Assembly: GCA_041752695.1 (NCBI GenBank)
Contig: JBGSVZ010000104.1
Coordinates: forward strand, 1 to 64,000
Reading direction: 5' to 3'
Source: Terrimicrobiaceae bacterium
GTDB taxonomy: Bacteria; Verrucomicrobiota; Verrucomicrobiia; Chthoniobacterales; Terrimicrobiaceae
DNA length: 64,000 nucleotides
Position numbers and translations under genes: made by a program. Positions 19,488-29,502 of the stretch are shown here, piece by piece; the stretch's first letter is position 1; each line of letters starts with the position of its first letter. The notes under the pieces are model-generated. The model was not told the origin of the DNA and did no database searches. It saw only the letters and a program-made list of their open reading frames with translations.

Positions 19488-21503
19488 ATGGTTCCCTTTA
19501 CCAACATTCCCCCCGCCGCCAACGGTGCAGTCGGCCCGAGACGCCGGCGCTGGAGCCCAGTCCTGGGCTTGTTCCTGATCGCCTCTAGCGTAGCGGTGCT
19601 CCCGGCCTCGACGAACAAGGTCTTCCCGGCGGACGCCGTGATCAACGTCACTTTGCCTCCCTATGAAGCCCGTCCCGACGACGGCGGGGACGATACAGTC
19701 GCCATCCAGCGTGCGGTAACGGACCACGTCGACACCGGACGGATCCTCTATTTTCCGGCGGGTGTCTATCGGATCAGCAATACGATCACCTCGAAAAATT
19801 CCGCGGGACTTTGGCGGGCGCACCTCACTTTCCAGGGCCAGAACCGGGACACCACGATCCTTCGGCTGGTCGACTCCGCGGCGGGTTTCGGCGATCCGAA
19901 AAATGCCAAAGCCATCGTGGCGACCGGCTCCCATTGGCAGGATGGCGACGGGCTCGAAGGCGGGGGCAACAAAGCTTTCCGCAACAATATCTTCGATCTC
20001 ACCTTGGACACGGGTTCTGACAATCCCGGGGCCGTGGGAATGGATTGGGCGGTGAGCAACCAGGGGGCCATCAAAAACGTTTCGGTGCGAAGCGCAGATG
20101 GACGCGGTCTCGCGGGAATTGCCCTTTTGCGGAGAATTCCCGGACCCGGGCTGATCAAAAACGTCGAGATCACGGGCTTCGATACCGGCCTTAACCTTGG
20201 GGATGGCCAATACGGGCTGACCTTGGAAAACGTCACCGTCAAGGGCCAGCACATTGCTGGGATTCGCGTGAGCCAGAACCTTCTCCACATCCGGAATCTC
20301 GTGAGCAAAAATCGGGTGCCGGCGGTGGTGGTTTCCGATCGCAATGGGGTGGTCACCCTGCTGGATTCCTCGCTCACCGGCGGTGCACCTGGTATTCCCG
20401 CCATCGACTGTGCCGGCACGTTACTGGCGCGTGCGGTTGAGATCTCCGGCTATTCCGAGATGCGCATTCGTGGGCAAGCCACGCCCTTGCCGCGAGGTGT
20501 AGAATTCTGCGAACCCGCGGCCCTGGGAAAACCTCTGCCGCCGCTTCTGGTGGAAGAGACGCCCGAGTTTTGGAACTCCAACCTCAGCGACTGGCAGGCG
20601 GTGGGGCCCAGGCGGGACGGAGAAAACGATGACACCGCCGCGATCCAGCGCGCCTTCGATTCCGGCAAGGGGACCATCTACTTCCCGCACGGTCGCACGT
20701 ATTTTCTTTCCGACACGGTGGTCATTCGGGGAGCGGTGCGGCAGGTCCTTGGCATGGGGGCCGAGATCAGCCTCGGGGCCGCCAGTCAGCCTTTCGGCGA
20801 TGTTTCCCACCCAAGACCGCTTTTTCGGATCGACCCCACGGCTGCCCCGACGGTGTTTTTGGAGAACCTTTTCTTCAACGCGCAATACCCGGGGGAGGTT
20901 CTCTTCGAAAACAACGGTCCGGCCGACTTAGTGGTCAAACACAGCGCAGGTTGGGTGGGAGACAAGGGCGCGCGTCGGAGCTACCGCAATACTCCGCATG
21001 CCACCGGAAAGCTGTTTGTCGAGGATGTCTTCCTGCCGGGGTGGGAGTTTTCTGGCCAGCGGGTCTGGGCCCGGCAATTCAACCCCGAGAATTACGACGG
21101 TGACGGGAGCACATCACAGGTCATCAATCGGGGCGGCAAACTTTGGATCCTCGGCTTCAAGACGGAAGGGCCCGCCCCCTTCCTCCACACTACCGCCGGA
21201 GGACGCACCGAACTCCTTGGCGCCTACAATTACATCTCCGCCGTCGAGGCCAATCCCGTGCCGCAACACTCCGTGCCTTACCTGTCCGAGGACTCCTCCA
21301 TGGCCCTCACCTTTGCCACGGACAATTTCCGGGATACGGACTATCCCGTGTATATTCGGGAAGTAAACGGCGGCGCGTCCCTTGATTGGACGGGTTCTGA
21401 CCTCGCCCCCCGGAATGGAGTTCCCGGCGACAGGTCCTTCGCCGTCCCGATGTTTCGTTCCCGCCCCGCTTCGCTTGAAACCACCAAACAAAGAGTTAAA
21501 TGA
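19488..21503 (+). CDS. Beta-helix polysaccharide-active enzyme (Pectate_lyase_3/GH55-like)
   Basis: Two DDT.AIQRA...(L/I)YFP.G.Y repeats; start codon uncertain. Confidence 0.8.
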   Translation: MVPFTNIPPAANGAVGPRRRRWSPVLGLFLIASSVAVLPASTNKVFPADAVINVTLPPYEARPDDGGDDTVAIQRAVTDHVDTGRILYFPAGVYRISNTITSKNSAGLWRAHLTFQGQNRDTTILRLVDSAAGFGDPKNAKAIVATGSHWQDGDGLEGGGNKAFRNNIFDLTLDTGSDNPGAVGMDWAVSNQGAIKNVSVRSADGRGLAGIALLRRIPGPGLIKNVEITGFDTGLNLGDGQYGLTLENVTVKGQHIAGIRVSQNLLHIRNLVSKNRVPAVVVSDRNGVVTLLDSSLTGGAPGIPAIDCAGTLLARAVEISGYSEMRIRGQATPLPRGVEFCEPAALGKPLPPLLVEETPEFWNSNLSDWQAVGPRRDGENDDTAAIQRAFDSGKGTIYFPHGRTYFLSDTVVIRGAVRQVLGMGAEISLGAASQPFGDVSHPRPLFRIDPTAAPTVFLENLFFNAQYPGEVLFENNGPADLVVKHSAGWVGDKGARRSYRNTPHATGKLFVEDVFLPGWEFSGQRVWARQFNPENYDGDGSTSQVINRGGKLWILGFKTEGPAPFLHTTAGGRTELLGAYNYISAVEANPVPQHSVPYLSEDSSMALTFATDNFRDTDYPVYIREVNGGASLDWTGSDLAPRNGVPGDRSFAVPMFRSRPASLETTKQRVK

Positions 21504-21507
21504 TACC

Positions 21508-22026
21508 ATGATCAAAACGCCGCTCCTCGCCCTCCTTCTTCTCGCCGCCGTTGCCGCCCGCCTAGGCGCCCAGACTGAACTCATCCCGAATGATAAATTT
21601 GCCGACGACGGCGCAAGTTGGTCCCTCAAGGTGCCCCCGGAAGCCTCCGCAAGCGAGTCCATTGTGGACGATGGCGGGGAAAAGGCCTTGTGCATTGACG
21701 TTCAAGAATCTCCGCAGGATCAGAAGACGCCCCCCGATATCCGAGTCCAGCGCCTTTTCGGAGAAATCTCCTCCGAGAAAAACTACCGGATTTCGTTCCA
21801 GGCCAAAGCCTCGGAACCCGGGAAGATCGTCTCCTACATCTATCCCAAAAACGAAGGCGCGCGCGTCCTCTGGAGGACCGAGATCAAGCTCGACTCCGAA
21901 TGGAAGGATTTCACCTACACCTTCAAGGGCCGCGAAACCGCCGATAATTGTGTCTTCGGCTTTTCCGGTCTGGGAAAAGCCACCAACAAATTCTGGTTCA
22001 AGGATGTGGTGCTGACGGAGGACTAA
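21508..22026 (+). CDS. Secreted carbohydrate-binding (CBM4/9-like) protein
   Basis: Signal peptide, LI.N..F, YRISFQAKA, W..F.YTF and FWFKDV pattern. Confidence 0.7.
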   Translation: MIKTPLLALLLLAAVAARLGAQTELIPNDKFADDGASWSLKVPPEASASESIVDDGGEKALCIDVQESPQDQKTPPDIRVQRLFGEISSEKNYRISFQAKASEPGKIVSYIYPKNEGARVLWRTEIKLDSEWKDFTYTFKGRETADNCVFGFSGLGKATNKFWFKDVVLTED

Positions 22027-22280
22027 GTCGGCAGGCACCAGCCGCTGAGAATCGTCTCCACCTATCGAAGGGCCGCGGCGTCGGCGTCCTACCAACCGAG
22101 GTCTGGGCCGTTTTTGTAAGCGTATTCCTCGACGTTTGAGGGGATGAAGCAATGCGTGCCGGGCTGCATCTGTCCAAGCCCGTCGCCCTTGCAACCGGTG
22201 GGACCCCCGCCAACGACGATCACATCCCAAGAGTCATCCAGGGACAGTTCGCGGGCGGGAAGATGGTGGCTTTTGTTCAC
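22023..22280 (-). pseudogene. Relic of an FAD-dependent oxidoreductase gene
   Basis: DVIVVGGGPTGC FAD motif joined directly to QPGTHCF, then in-frame stops and a DADAAALR...GWCLP tail. Confidence 0.7.
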
Positions 22281-22392
22281 AGTTGCTTCGGAGGGGGGAA
22301 AGGAGATGCCGCGTCTGGCATTGTGTGTATGATGTAAGGGGACGACTCTGGGGACGGCAGTCCGATGCCGATTGGCCCTGCGTCGTTTTCCG

Positions 22393-23370
22393 ATGCCTGC
22401 AACCACCCCCGCCCCCAGTCCAGAATCTCCCGGCAAGGGACCGCTTTCCGCGATGCCTCTGCTTCAGTCGCTCATGCTCGCTTTTGAGCAGGAAACGGGC
22501 ATGCACATGAGTTTCGACGATTTTACAGGCGTCTTCACCGGCATCCACCGGGACGTCACTCCGATGAAGCTCGATTGGGACCATCAGACTCACTCCTGTT
22601 CGTTCTGCAATTTCGCGAAACTCAACGACCATGGCGAGATGGACTGCGTGCTGAACAAACTGGCTGCAAATCGCCTCGTCAGCCGCCGACGCGAAGGGCT
22701 GGAAGGTTTTTGTCATCTCGGGCTTTTTGACATGGCGGAACCTTTGATTTTCCAGGGTCGCATGCTCGGGGTATTCTATTACGGGTCCGTCATTTTGAGG
22801 TGCCGTGAAAGCCTCACCAAACGCAAGATCCGCCGATACTGTACCCGCCGCGGCCTCAACCCGGACGGCCATCTCAAGGCCATGGCCGAGGTGAATACCA
22901 TTGATCCCGACACTATCCCGCGACACCGCGAGGCGCTGAAAACCATCGCCCGGCTGGCGCACTTTTTTTGCGAGGTGGCGGGCGTGCAGCCGGAAATTTA
23001 TCGCAACCGGCCGTTGAAGTTTCCCTATACCGATCCGCAGGATTTGCCGTACGTGGTGAAGGAGACGATGAGTTATATCAGCACCCACATTGACGAACCG
23101 TTTATCGTCAAAGACCTCGCCGCCCATTTGCGCTGTCACCCAGATTTTCTCAGCCGGAAGTTCAAACAACACACCGGAGTGGATCTCCACCTCTATTTGC
23201 AGCAAACCCGCGTTGACCGTGCCAAACGGCTGCTGGAGAATCCCAAAGTGGACATCGGCACCGCTGCGGACCAGTCCGGATTCTCCGACCGGGTGCATTT
23301 CAGCAAAGTCTTCCGCCGCGTCACGGGAATGACACCCGGACAGTTCCAGCGGGGGTTCGTCACAAAATAG
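22393..23370 (+). CDS. AraC family regulator with PocR-like sensor domain
   Basis: CSFC...C...CHLGL pattern of PocR domains plus a C-terminal AraC HTH. Confidence 0.9.
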   Translation: MPATTPAPSPESPGKGPLSAMPLLQSLMLAFEQETGMHMSFDDFTGVFTGIHRDVTPMKLDWDHQTHSCSFCNFAKLNDHGEMDCVLNKLAANRLVSRRREGLEGFCHLGLFDMAEPLIFQGRMLGVFYYGSVILRCRESLTKRKIRRYCTRRGLNPDGHLKAMAEVNTIDPDTIPRHREALKTIARLAHFFCEVAGVQPEIYRNRPLKFPYTDPQDLPYVVKETMSYISTHIDEPFIVKDLAAHLRCHPDFLSRKFKQHTGVDLHLYLQQTRVDRAKRLLENPKVDIGTAADQSGFSDRVHFSKVFRRVTGMTPGQFQRGFVTK

Positions 23371-23434
23371 AAAACGTCCGGTTGGCCCCAAACAAGCGGC
23401 CTGCCGGACGTTGGTTCCCCCCCAGGAACAAAGA

Positions 23435-24277
23435 TTACCTTCTGCGGCGGAGCGCCGTGAGGGCACAGCCCAGACCCACCAGGGTGAGCGCGGTGGGTTC
23501 AGGCACGGGCGAACTGTAGGCGAGAACCGAAAAAGACGAAAATCCCGAGGTGGTCATCGCAGCACCAAGCTGCATCGCGCTGAAAAGCGATGAAGGGTCG
23601 TTGGCGCCAATATTGACCAGAGAAGTGCTGACCGTTGCGACTTCGGTTCCGGTCGTCACATTGTAAATGGTCTCGGTCGCAGCCCAGTTGGTGGTGAGGG
23701 AGCCGCGGGTCACGGTGAGGGTCATCCGAATCACGTCCGAGGTGGTGTCGCCGGTTCCGGAGTTGATCCCCAAAGCCGCTCCGGCCATCGTCGTGGAGGT
23801 CGTGCCGAAAGACGCCATGCGATATCCGTCGGTGGCCGCACTCCGTCCGAAACCCGCCGTCGTACCCCCAATTGTTCCTGAGGTCTGCGTATCGGCATAA
23901 ACCAGTCCCACCGCCGTGGTGTTTGAACCGATGGTGGCCGTGCCCTGTTCGAACGTGAATTCAATATAAGAAGTGAAGGACGTCCCAACGCTCGCGAAGT
24001 TGGTCACGGAATTGTAGCCTATAATGCGGTTGTTGATCGCGGTGCTGAAAGCCACGGATCCTCCGCCGGCGGTATTGACCGTATAGGGAGTGCCGGTATC
24101 GTTGGAGGCTGCCCAAAGCGGAGTTCCCGTTGGCTGCCCGTTGAGTGTGCCGTTCGCATAGCCTTCGCCGGCGGTAAATTCGACGAGGACCGCACCGGCA
24201 TTTGCCAGCGAAAGGAAGGCGGCGCAGAGGCTGATCGCCGTCAGCCGGGAAGTGGGGGAAGGGAAGAGTTGTGCCAT
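23435..24277 (-). CDS. PEP-CTERM surface protein
   Basis: Signal peptide, Thr/Ser/Gly-rich body and C-terminal VPEP-TM-RRRR. Confidence 0.92.
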   Translation of the reverse strand: MAQLFPSPTSRLTAISLCAAFLSLANAGAVLVEFTAGEGYANGTLNGQPTGTPLWAASNDTGTPYTVNTAGGGSVAFSTAINNRIIGYNSVTNFASVGTSFTSYIEFTFEQGTATIGSNTTAVGLVYADTQTSGTIGGTTAGFGRSAATDGYRMASFGTTSTTMAGAALGINSGTGDTTSDVIRMTLTVTRGSLTTNWAATETIYNVTTGTEVATVSTSLVNIGANDPSSLFSAMQLGAAMTTSGFSSFSVLAYSSPVPEPTALTLVGLGCALTALRRRR

Positions 24278-24381
24278 GGGGGAGGGTAACTATCGCCAAG
24301 ATACCGATTTTCCCTCCTCCGCGGGAGTCGAATGCTGATGCCTCGTGTGTTGTTTCCTGTCAATCCCCACGGCAATCCGAC

Positions 24382-27078
24382 TCACCAGTCGCGGTTGCTT
24401 TTGTTCCAGAATCCGCCCGAGGGTGCCACGGGTACGCCGGGCTGGCGTTGCGTGTAGATTTGCATTTTGGGCGGCGCTGGCGGGCCCGGTTTCGCGGCGG
24501 GCCCGGGAGATTCACCGGGTTCCGCGCCGGCCTGCCGTTGCTGGTCGAGTTGATCGCGGGATTCGCTGAGAAGCTGCTGCGCCTGCTCAAACCCCTGCTG
24601 CGCTTTTTCGTCTCCGGGTTTCAGCGCCACCGCACGGGAAAAATTCTGGGTCGAGGTCTCCAGGTACCCCACCGCCTTTTTGAGGGTATCCTGGGCCGGA
24701 TTGTCGGCGGCCAAGAGTTTTTTCGCCTCCGCCAGATCAAGAGCGGCCGCAGCGGCGTGCAGGTCGGGAAGCATGGCTTCGACCTTGGCGAGACCGTCTT
24801 TGGCGCGCTGACTGTCCGGGTTGATGTCCTGCGCCTTTTGAAACTGCTCTAAGGCCGAAGTGGCCGCGCGAAGCTTTGCCTGGGGCGCGGCCTGACGCTC
24901 CACAGCCTCGAGATTCTTTTCCCCCTGGGCGAGAAAATCATTCTCCAAGCGCGTATCGGCCTGAGCTTTCAGCTCCCTGGCCCGCGCGTTGTTGGCGTCG
25001 AGTTCCAGCGCCTTCGCCAGCTCCTGCCGGCCTCTTTCGACCGTGGACTGGTCTCCCCCACTCATCTTCTCCTTGGCTAAGAGTGGCACGATCGTTTCCT
25101 CCGCCCGCTTAGTGATCAGGTTCGACATCTTCGTCTGCTCGGCCTGAATTTTTTGAGGGATTTGTTCCTGATCCGGGGCCTGCGCCTGGGCCTGCCTGAG
25201 GATTTCGATGCCCTGCTCGCGTCGGCCGAGGACCATGCGGTCGGCGTTCTTGTCATTTTTCGCCTCGATTTTGTCCGTCTCGGCGATGTGCTTTTCGGCG
25301 TCCTTTTGCAAACTCGCGGCGAGGCGGCGTTGGGTTTCCTTTTTCGCGGCGGCGGCATTTTCGTCCTTGGGATCGAGCGTGGTGAGGCGTTCCTGGGCGT
25401 CGAGGGCCTCCTGCAACACGCGGCTCAATCGGACCGTGTCGTTGCGTTTCTCCAAGTCATCGGCGGACTTGAGCCGGTCGGCCGCGATCTTGGTGAGGAT
25501 CTCCTGGAGCGCCTCCACGGCGGCGGTGCGGTTGTGGCGGGCATCACCGGTGGAACGCTCAGCCAGCAGTTCGTCGTAAAAGGCCAGGGACCGCTCCAGG
25601 GAGAGCACCGCTCCGCCTTGGAGGCCAAGTTTTTCTCCGAGGCGGAATTGGGCATTGCCTAATTGAAAAAGCGCCCTGGCCCGGAGATCGTCATCGCGCG
25701 TGGTAGTTTTGAGGTTTTGAAAAACTTCGATGGCCTCTTCCAGATTTCCGGCCTGATACAGCGTGAGGCCGTAGTTGTACACCAGGAGCGGATCGTCAGG
25801 GGTGGCTTCGACCGCGGCTTTGACCAGCGCCACGGCTTCGGCGGGCTTTGCGGCCTTGAGCAGGAAACGGACTTGGTGGTCAAGTTCACTACTCCCGAGT
25901 GCCGCGGTGAGGAACCCGAAAAATAACAGGACGACGGGAATTCCCTTCGACTTGGCGAAGGATACCGGGGCTCCCGCCGGTCGGGAGAGCGTTTCCGGGC
26001 GCACCACGGCCACTCCGACGCCGGACGGTGCGCGCTTTTTCACCACGGAAATCAGCGGCTCCAGCATCAGCAGGGCGATGGCAAGAAGCAGCGGGAACTG
26101 AAACCACTCGGCATAGTCTTGAACATTGAAGATGCGGCGGCTTTTCGCAAGGGGCAGGAGGGCGGTGTCGCGAAGTTTTTGGAAAAATCCGCTCTCCGGA
26201 ACAAAGACCTCGAATCGACCCCCGCCCGCCGCGGCAATGGCGCGCAACGCCTGTTCGTCCATCCGGCTGACCACTTCCGTCCCATATTCATTGCGGACGT
26301 AAGCCCGCCGCTGCTTTTGCTGGGGAGGGAGCTTGGCGAACTCCGCATGGTCCCGTTCGGGAACCTTTGCGCCCGCGACACTTCCGACTCCGACGGTAAA
26401 AATGGTGAGACCGTTTTTCGCGTGTGCCTCACGCGCCGCCGTCACCGCATCCCCATCAAGGTTTTCGCCATCGGTGAAAATGACGAGCGCCCTCGTGTCG
26501 AGTCCGCTTTTGTCGAGGAGGGTTGTGGCCATTTCGATCGCTTTGGGAATATTCGTGCCGCCTTTCGAAATGGACCGCGGAGCGGCGGATTGCAGGACCC
26601 GCTCGAGGGCCTGGTAGTCGAAGGTGACGGGAGCCTGAATGAGAGCCTCGCCCGCAAAGATCACCAGCCCCATGCGGTCACCTGACGCCTGACGCATCCA
26701 CGCGCTCAGCTCCGTTTTCACCGCATCCAGTCGGTTCGGGCTCACGTCCTCCGCCCACATGCTTTTCGAGACATCAAGCGCCACCACAAAATCCACGCCC
26801 TTGCGTTCGGCGTGTCCGGGTTTCGGACCCACCAGCGGTCGAGCCAGCGCCAGGAGGACGCACCCCACCGCCGCCACCGGCAGCACAAAACGAAGGAACT
26901 GCTTCCGGCGGTCCATCGACGGCACGGCATCCCGGGCAGATTCCGGTGAAACAAAAAGCCCGATCCGCCGTGCGGCATACCTCCGCGCCAGGCCCCAGAA
27001 GACACCGGCACCCGCCGCAAGCAGCGGCAGGCCCAACAGCCACCAGGGTGACGCAAAAATCAGGGTAGCCGCGACCAT
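24382..27078 (-). CDS. VWA (BatB-like) protein fused to a long TPR/helical region
   Basis: MIDAS DVSKS, TDGE, TPR-like YNYG..LYQ.G and FQLGNA, and C-terminal NRDW. Confidence 0.88.
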   Translation of the reverse strand: MVAATLIFASPWWLLGLPLLAAGAGVFWGLARRYAARRIGLFVSPESARDAVPSMDRRKQFLRFVLPVAAVGCVLLALARPLVGPKPGHAERKGVDFVVALDVSKSMWAEDVSPNRLDAVKTELSAWMRQASGDRMGLVIFAGEALIQAPVTFDYQALERVLQSAAPRSISKGGTNIPKAIEMATTLLDKSGLDTRALVIFTDGENLDGDAVTAAREAHAKNGLTIFTVGVGSVAGAKVPERDHAEFAKLPPQQKQRRAYVRNEYGTEVVSRMDEQALRAIAAAGGGRFEVFVPESGFFQKLRDTALLPLAKSRRIFNVQDYAEWFQFPLLLAIALLMLEPLISVVKKRAPSGVGVAVVRPETLSRPAGAPVSFAKSKGIPVVLLFFGFLTAALGSSELDHQVRFLLKAAKPAEAVALVKAAVEATPDDPLLVYNYGLTLYQAGNLEEAIEVFQNLKTTTRDDDLRARALFQLGNAQFRLGEKLGLQGGAVLSLERSLAFYDELLAERSTGDARHNRTAAVEALQEILTKIAADRLKSADDLEKRNDTVRLSRVLQEALDAQERLTTLDPKDENAAAAKKETQRRLAASLQKDAEKHIAETDKIEAKNDKNADRMVLGRREQGIEILRQAQAQAPDQEQIPQKIQAEQTKMSNLITKRAEETIVPLLAKEKMSGGDQSTVERGRQELAKALELDANNARARELKAQADTRLENDFLAQGEKNLEAVERQAAPQAKLRAATSALEQFQKAQDINPDSQRAKDGLAKVEAMLPDLHAAAAALDLAEAKKLLAADNPAQDTLKKAVGYLETSTQNFSRAVALKPGDEKAQQGFEQAQQLLSESRDQLDQQRQAGAEPGESPGPAAKPGPPAPPKMQIYTQRQPGVPVAPSGGFWNKSNRDW

Positions 27079-28022
27079 ATGGTATGTCCTCCTATCCAGC
27101 CGCCGAGCACCAGCAGTCCGGCGGGAATTGCCAACCAGAAAAACAGTTCGTCGAAGACGCGGTATTTTTTCTGCTCGAAGCGGCTTTTCTCCATTTTGTC
27201 GATCTGACGGTACACGTCGAACATGCTGTTAAGGTCAGCGGCCTGAAAATAGAGGCCGCCGGTGATTTCGGCCACCTCCCCGAGCGCGCTTTTTACGGCG
27301 CTTTCCGCCGTTACTGTCCGGAGCGGCGCAATGCGCAGGGTATGCACACGCACGCCTGCCTCCCGGGCAACCTTTGCCCCCTCTTTGGGGAGACGTCCCT
27401 GGTTGTTCTCGCCGTCGGTCGCCACCACAATGACCTTGGAAGTCCCCCTGGCCTCCTTGAGCAATTCGACTGATGAGACGATCCCTTCGCCAATCGCGGT
27501 GCCGGGCAGATTCGATTGGACCACACCAAGGATGTTTTTGATCCAGTCTCCATCCGTGGTGAGCGGGCTCACCATGTAGGTGTCCGTCGCGAAACCAATG
27601 ATGCCGAAACGGTCGTTGGGCCGCTTGGTGACAAATTCATTCAGCGCCAGATTCAGGGCCTTGGCGCGGGGGATCTTTTTCCCTTCGTACACAAAATCCT
27701 CCGCCTCCATGGAGCCCGAGAGATCGATACAGAGGACGATGTCGATGCCTTCCCTTTTGTCGTCGGTGTCGCCCTTTTCAAGGCGGGGCCGGGCCAGGGC
27801 CAGCACGAGCAGCGCCAGCGCAATCAAAGCCAGCCAGCGTTTCCAATGTCCGGCGGCGGACTGGGGGAGCGCGCCGATTTTGCGCAGGATGCCCACCGAA
27901 GAATACCGCACCGCGGCCACGTTTCGCCGGCGACCCTGCAGCCAAGCCAGGAGCGGCACGAGGCCCAGCAAAAGCAACCACCAAGGCTGGCCGAATTGGA
28001 AGGTGAGCAGGCGGTCGATCAT
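27060..28022 (-). CDS. VWA domain protein, BatA-like
   Basis: F.QPWWLLLL N-terminal motif, ALARP, MIDAS DLSGS, GTAIG and TDGE. Confidence 0.9.
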   Translation of the reverse strand: MIDRLLTFQFGQPWWLLLLGLVPLLAWLQGRRRNVAAVRYSSVGILRKIGALPQSAAGHWKRWLALIALALLVLALARPRLEKGDTDDKREGIDIVLCIDLSGSMEAEDFVYEGKKIPRAKALNLALNEFVTKRPNDRFGIIGFATDTYMVSPLTTDGDWIKNILGVVQSNLPGTAIGEGIVSSVELLKEARGTSKVIVVATDGENNQGRLPKEGAKVAREAGVRVHTLRIAPLRTVTAESAVKSALGEVAEITGGLYFQAADLNSMFDVYRQIDKMEKSRFEQKKYRVFDELFFWLAIPAGLLVLGGWIGGHTIWSRLP

Positions 28023-28549
28023 TTCCCGACCTCCCCTTTGGGCTCTTCCTTTGGCGCAGTGCCTTCCACAAACGCCTTGGCCGCCAGCAGGAGTGCCTGC
28101 ATTTCCGGGACAGCCACCCGACGACGGGCAAACTTCACGAGGTCGCACTGCGCGAGAAACCTTGCCAGGAGTCGTTGGTGTTGATCAGCGAGCAACTCGC
28201 TCTGCCGTGCCTCGGTGAGGAACTCCTCGGTCGAACGATGGGGCGCGCGCAGGCCGAAACGCGCCTGAATGTAGGTGCGAAGGATGCCTGAGACCCGTTT
28301 GACGAACTCCAGATCGGCGCCTTCCCTGGCCAGAGGGGCAAGCTCCCGCAATTCCTTCAGGGCAATTTCGTGCGGGGCCGGGGGAGCGAGAAAGGGCAGA
28401 TGGCCGGTTTTTCGCCGGAAGAAAAAGAAGCCCCCGGCCACCAGGAGGAGAAAAACCGCCGCCCCCACCCAAATCCACGGGCTGAGGGACGAATCGGCCG
28501 GTGTCATCCACCGAAAATCTTCCACAATGCGGGCGGAGGGTTCGTTCAT
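28019..28549 (-). CDS. DUF4381-like membrane protein of Bat operons
   Basis: Single TM, PHEIAL.EL, TEEFL and DLVKFA; position between DUF58 and BatA. Confidence 0.8.
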   Translation of the reverse strand: MNEPSARIVEDFRWMTPADSSLSPWIWVGAAVFLLLVAGGFFFFRRKTGHLPFLAPPAPHEIALKELRELAPLAREGADLEFVKRVSGILRTYIQARFGLRAPHRSTEEFLTEARQSELLADQHQRLLARFLAQCDLVKFARRRVAVPEMQALLLAAKAFVEGTAPKEEPKGEVGK

Positions 28550-29427
28550 CAGTGCGCCCGGCGGATGCGTTTCAGGAAAAAGTTTTTCAGCGCAATTTCG
28601 TAAGGCTGGCCCGTTTCCATCTCGATCACGTCGAGGCCGGTGCGTTTGAGCCATTTCTGACGCTGGGCGCGCTGCGCCGCCGCCTCCGCGGCAAATTGCT
28701 CCCGCAAGGCACGATTCGAGGTGTCCACCTCGACCACCTCGCCGCTCTCCGCGTCCTCCAGAGCGATCAAACCGACATCGGGCAGTTCCAGTTCGCGCCG
28801 GTCGAAAATGGAGACGGCAATAACATCGTGCCGTTCGTTGGTCACGCGCAGGGCCCGTTCGTAGCCTTCATCCAGAAAGTCGGAAACGACAAATACCACC
28901 GCCGGACGCGAGGTGACGAGGTTCAGATACTTCAGCGCCGCCTTCAGGCTTGTGCCGCGGCGGGCCGGACGGAAATAGAGAATCTCCCGGATGAGACGAA
29001 ACACATGCGACCGTCCCTTGCGCGGGGGGATGAAGGACTCCACCTCGTCGCTGTACAATAGGAGTCCAATTTTGTCGCCATTCTGGCTCGCGCTGAACGC
29101 CAGAGTCGAAGCCACTTCCGCGGCCAGCTCCTTCTTGGACTGCCTGCCGGATCCCAGCTGGTCCGAGGCGCTGACATCCACCAGCACCAACATGGAGAGT
29201 TCACGTTCCTCTCGATATTTTTTGATGTGGGGCACGCCCGTGCGGGCGGTCACATTCCAATCAATCAGCCGCACATCGTCGCCGGGCTGGTATTCGCGAA
29301 CCTCCTCGAAATCCATGCCGCGGCCACGGAAGACGGAATGGTACGCCCCGGCCAGAAGATCCTGCGCCAGCTGCTTGGTGCGGATCTCGATCTGACGGAT
29401 CTTTTGGAGATATTCCCGGGGGATCAT
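28549..29427 (-). CDS. DUF58 domain protein
   Basis: GMDFEEVREYQPGDDVRLIDWNVTAR. Confidence 0.96.
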   Translation of the reverse strand: MIPREYLQKIRQIEIRTKQLAQDLLAGAYHSVFRGRGMDFEEVREYQPGDDVRLIDWNVTARTGVPHIKKYREERELSMLVLVDVSASDQLGSGRQSKKELAAEVASTLAFSASQNGDKIGLLLYSDEVESFIPPRKGRSHVFRLIREILYFRPARRGTSLKAALKYLNLVTSRPAVVFVVSDFLDEGYERALRVTNERHDVIAVSIFDRRELELPDVGLIALEDAESGEVVEVDTSNRALREQFAAEAAAQRAQRQKWLKRTGLDVIEMETGQPYEIALKNFFLKRIRRAH

Positions 29428-29502
29428 GGGAAGCTTTTCGATTTAAGGACGCGCGGTTTTGCCTGAGAGTAACCCTTTAAACCTAAATCCTAATCCTGAA
29501 AA

